This document shows positions 55,935 through 56,282 of a stretch of 56,282 nucleotides of DNA, piece by piece. Position numbers and translations under genes: made by a program. This DNA is from Verrucomicrobiales bacterium (lineage in GTDB: Bacteria > Verrucomicrobiota > Verrucomicrobiia > Methylacidiphilales > JAAUTS01). The stretch covers positions 1 through 56,282 of the forward strand of contig JAISCS010000030.1 in NCBI GenBank assembly GCA_031265365.1, read 5' to 3'. Each line of letters begins with the position of its first letter. Positions within the stretch are counted from its first letter, which is position 1. A model generated the notes under the pieces. That model saw nothing but the letters and a program-made list of their open reading frames with translations, was not told the origin of the DNA and did no database searches.

Positions 55935-56282
55935 TCACAACAACGCCTTCGCCGCGCTGACGAAACCGGCGGCGCCGAGGCCGTATTTGTCATACAACTC
56001 ATCCGCGGTGTAGGCGGACTGGCCGAAGACGCCGGGGATGCCGAGACTCCGCCCGCTGATGCTCACGCCCGCGTTGACGAGCGCGTGGAATAATTGCGCG
56101 CCGAAGCCGCTGTTCAACTGGTGGTCCTCGGCGACGACGACGCGGCCCTTGGTCTTGCGCACTGCCGCGCTGATGGTGGGCAGGTCGATGCGGTTGACGA
56201 AGGGGCTGTTGATGACCGTCGCCGACACACCGTCAGCGGCCAGTTGGTCGGCGGCGGCGAGGGCTTTGCCGACTAGCGGGCC
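55935..56282 (-). CDS. Transketolase family protein, C-terminal part (5' end lies outside the window)
   Basis: ...VVVAEDHQLNSGFGAQL...GIPGVFGQSAYTADELYDKYGL...AAKALL* is typical of the transketolase C-terminal domain. The ORF is open to the window edge. Confidence 0.8.
   Translation of the reverse strand, partial: GPLVGKALAAADQLAADGVSATVINSPFVNRIDLPTISAAVRKTKGRVVVAEDHQLNSGFGAQLFHALVNAGVSISGRSLGIPGVFGQSAYTADELYDKYGLGAAGFVSAAKALL

Overview
This is a 56.3-kb chromosomal window, roughly 58-60% GC by eye, interrupted by several AT-rich islands. The gene content suggests a PVC-group, Verrucomicrobiota-like bacterium: a PEP-CTERM protein with autotransporter-type beta-strand repeats, GspK-like pseudopilins, and dense hairpin MITE-like repeats (taxonomy is inference). 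Recognisable core genes are fumC, recA, cinA, pheS, ftsY, nusB-ribH-ribBA, a deoxyhypusine-synthase-like gene, rlmH, yjbQ, pepF, a 2-hydroxyacid dehydrogenase and a transketolase C-terminal fragment. Accessory content falls into five groups. (1) A four-gene restriction/defence operon (type III-like mod, AT-rich Eco57I-like methyltransferase, AT-rich PD-(D/E)xK protein, DEAH helicase-nuclease res) is fused by an ATGA overlap to cinA-recA. (2) A ~15.4-kb operon headed by an ECF sigma factor encodes ten secreted or unknown proteins, including a tandemly duplicated two-gene module and degenerate esterase domains. (3) Toxin-antitoxin modules are present: vapBC, a decayed hicAB, and higB with a truncated higA. 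(4) There is an AT-rich immunity-gene (SUKH) cassette region. (5) Three families of palindromic repeats occupy most intergenic regions. The strongest unexplained signal is not a gene. The oligomer tCACC[G/A]TCAGCGGc (core GTCAGCG) is scattered through genes on both strands, and in one intergenic hairpin loop, at several copies per kb. It is absent from every AT-rich island, which resembles a DNA-uptake-sequence-like or other genome-wide signal. No rRNA, tRNA or CRISPR array was seen.
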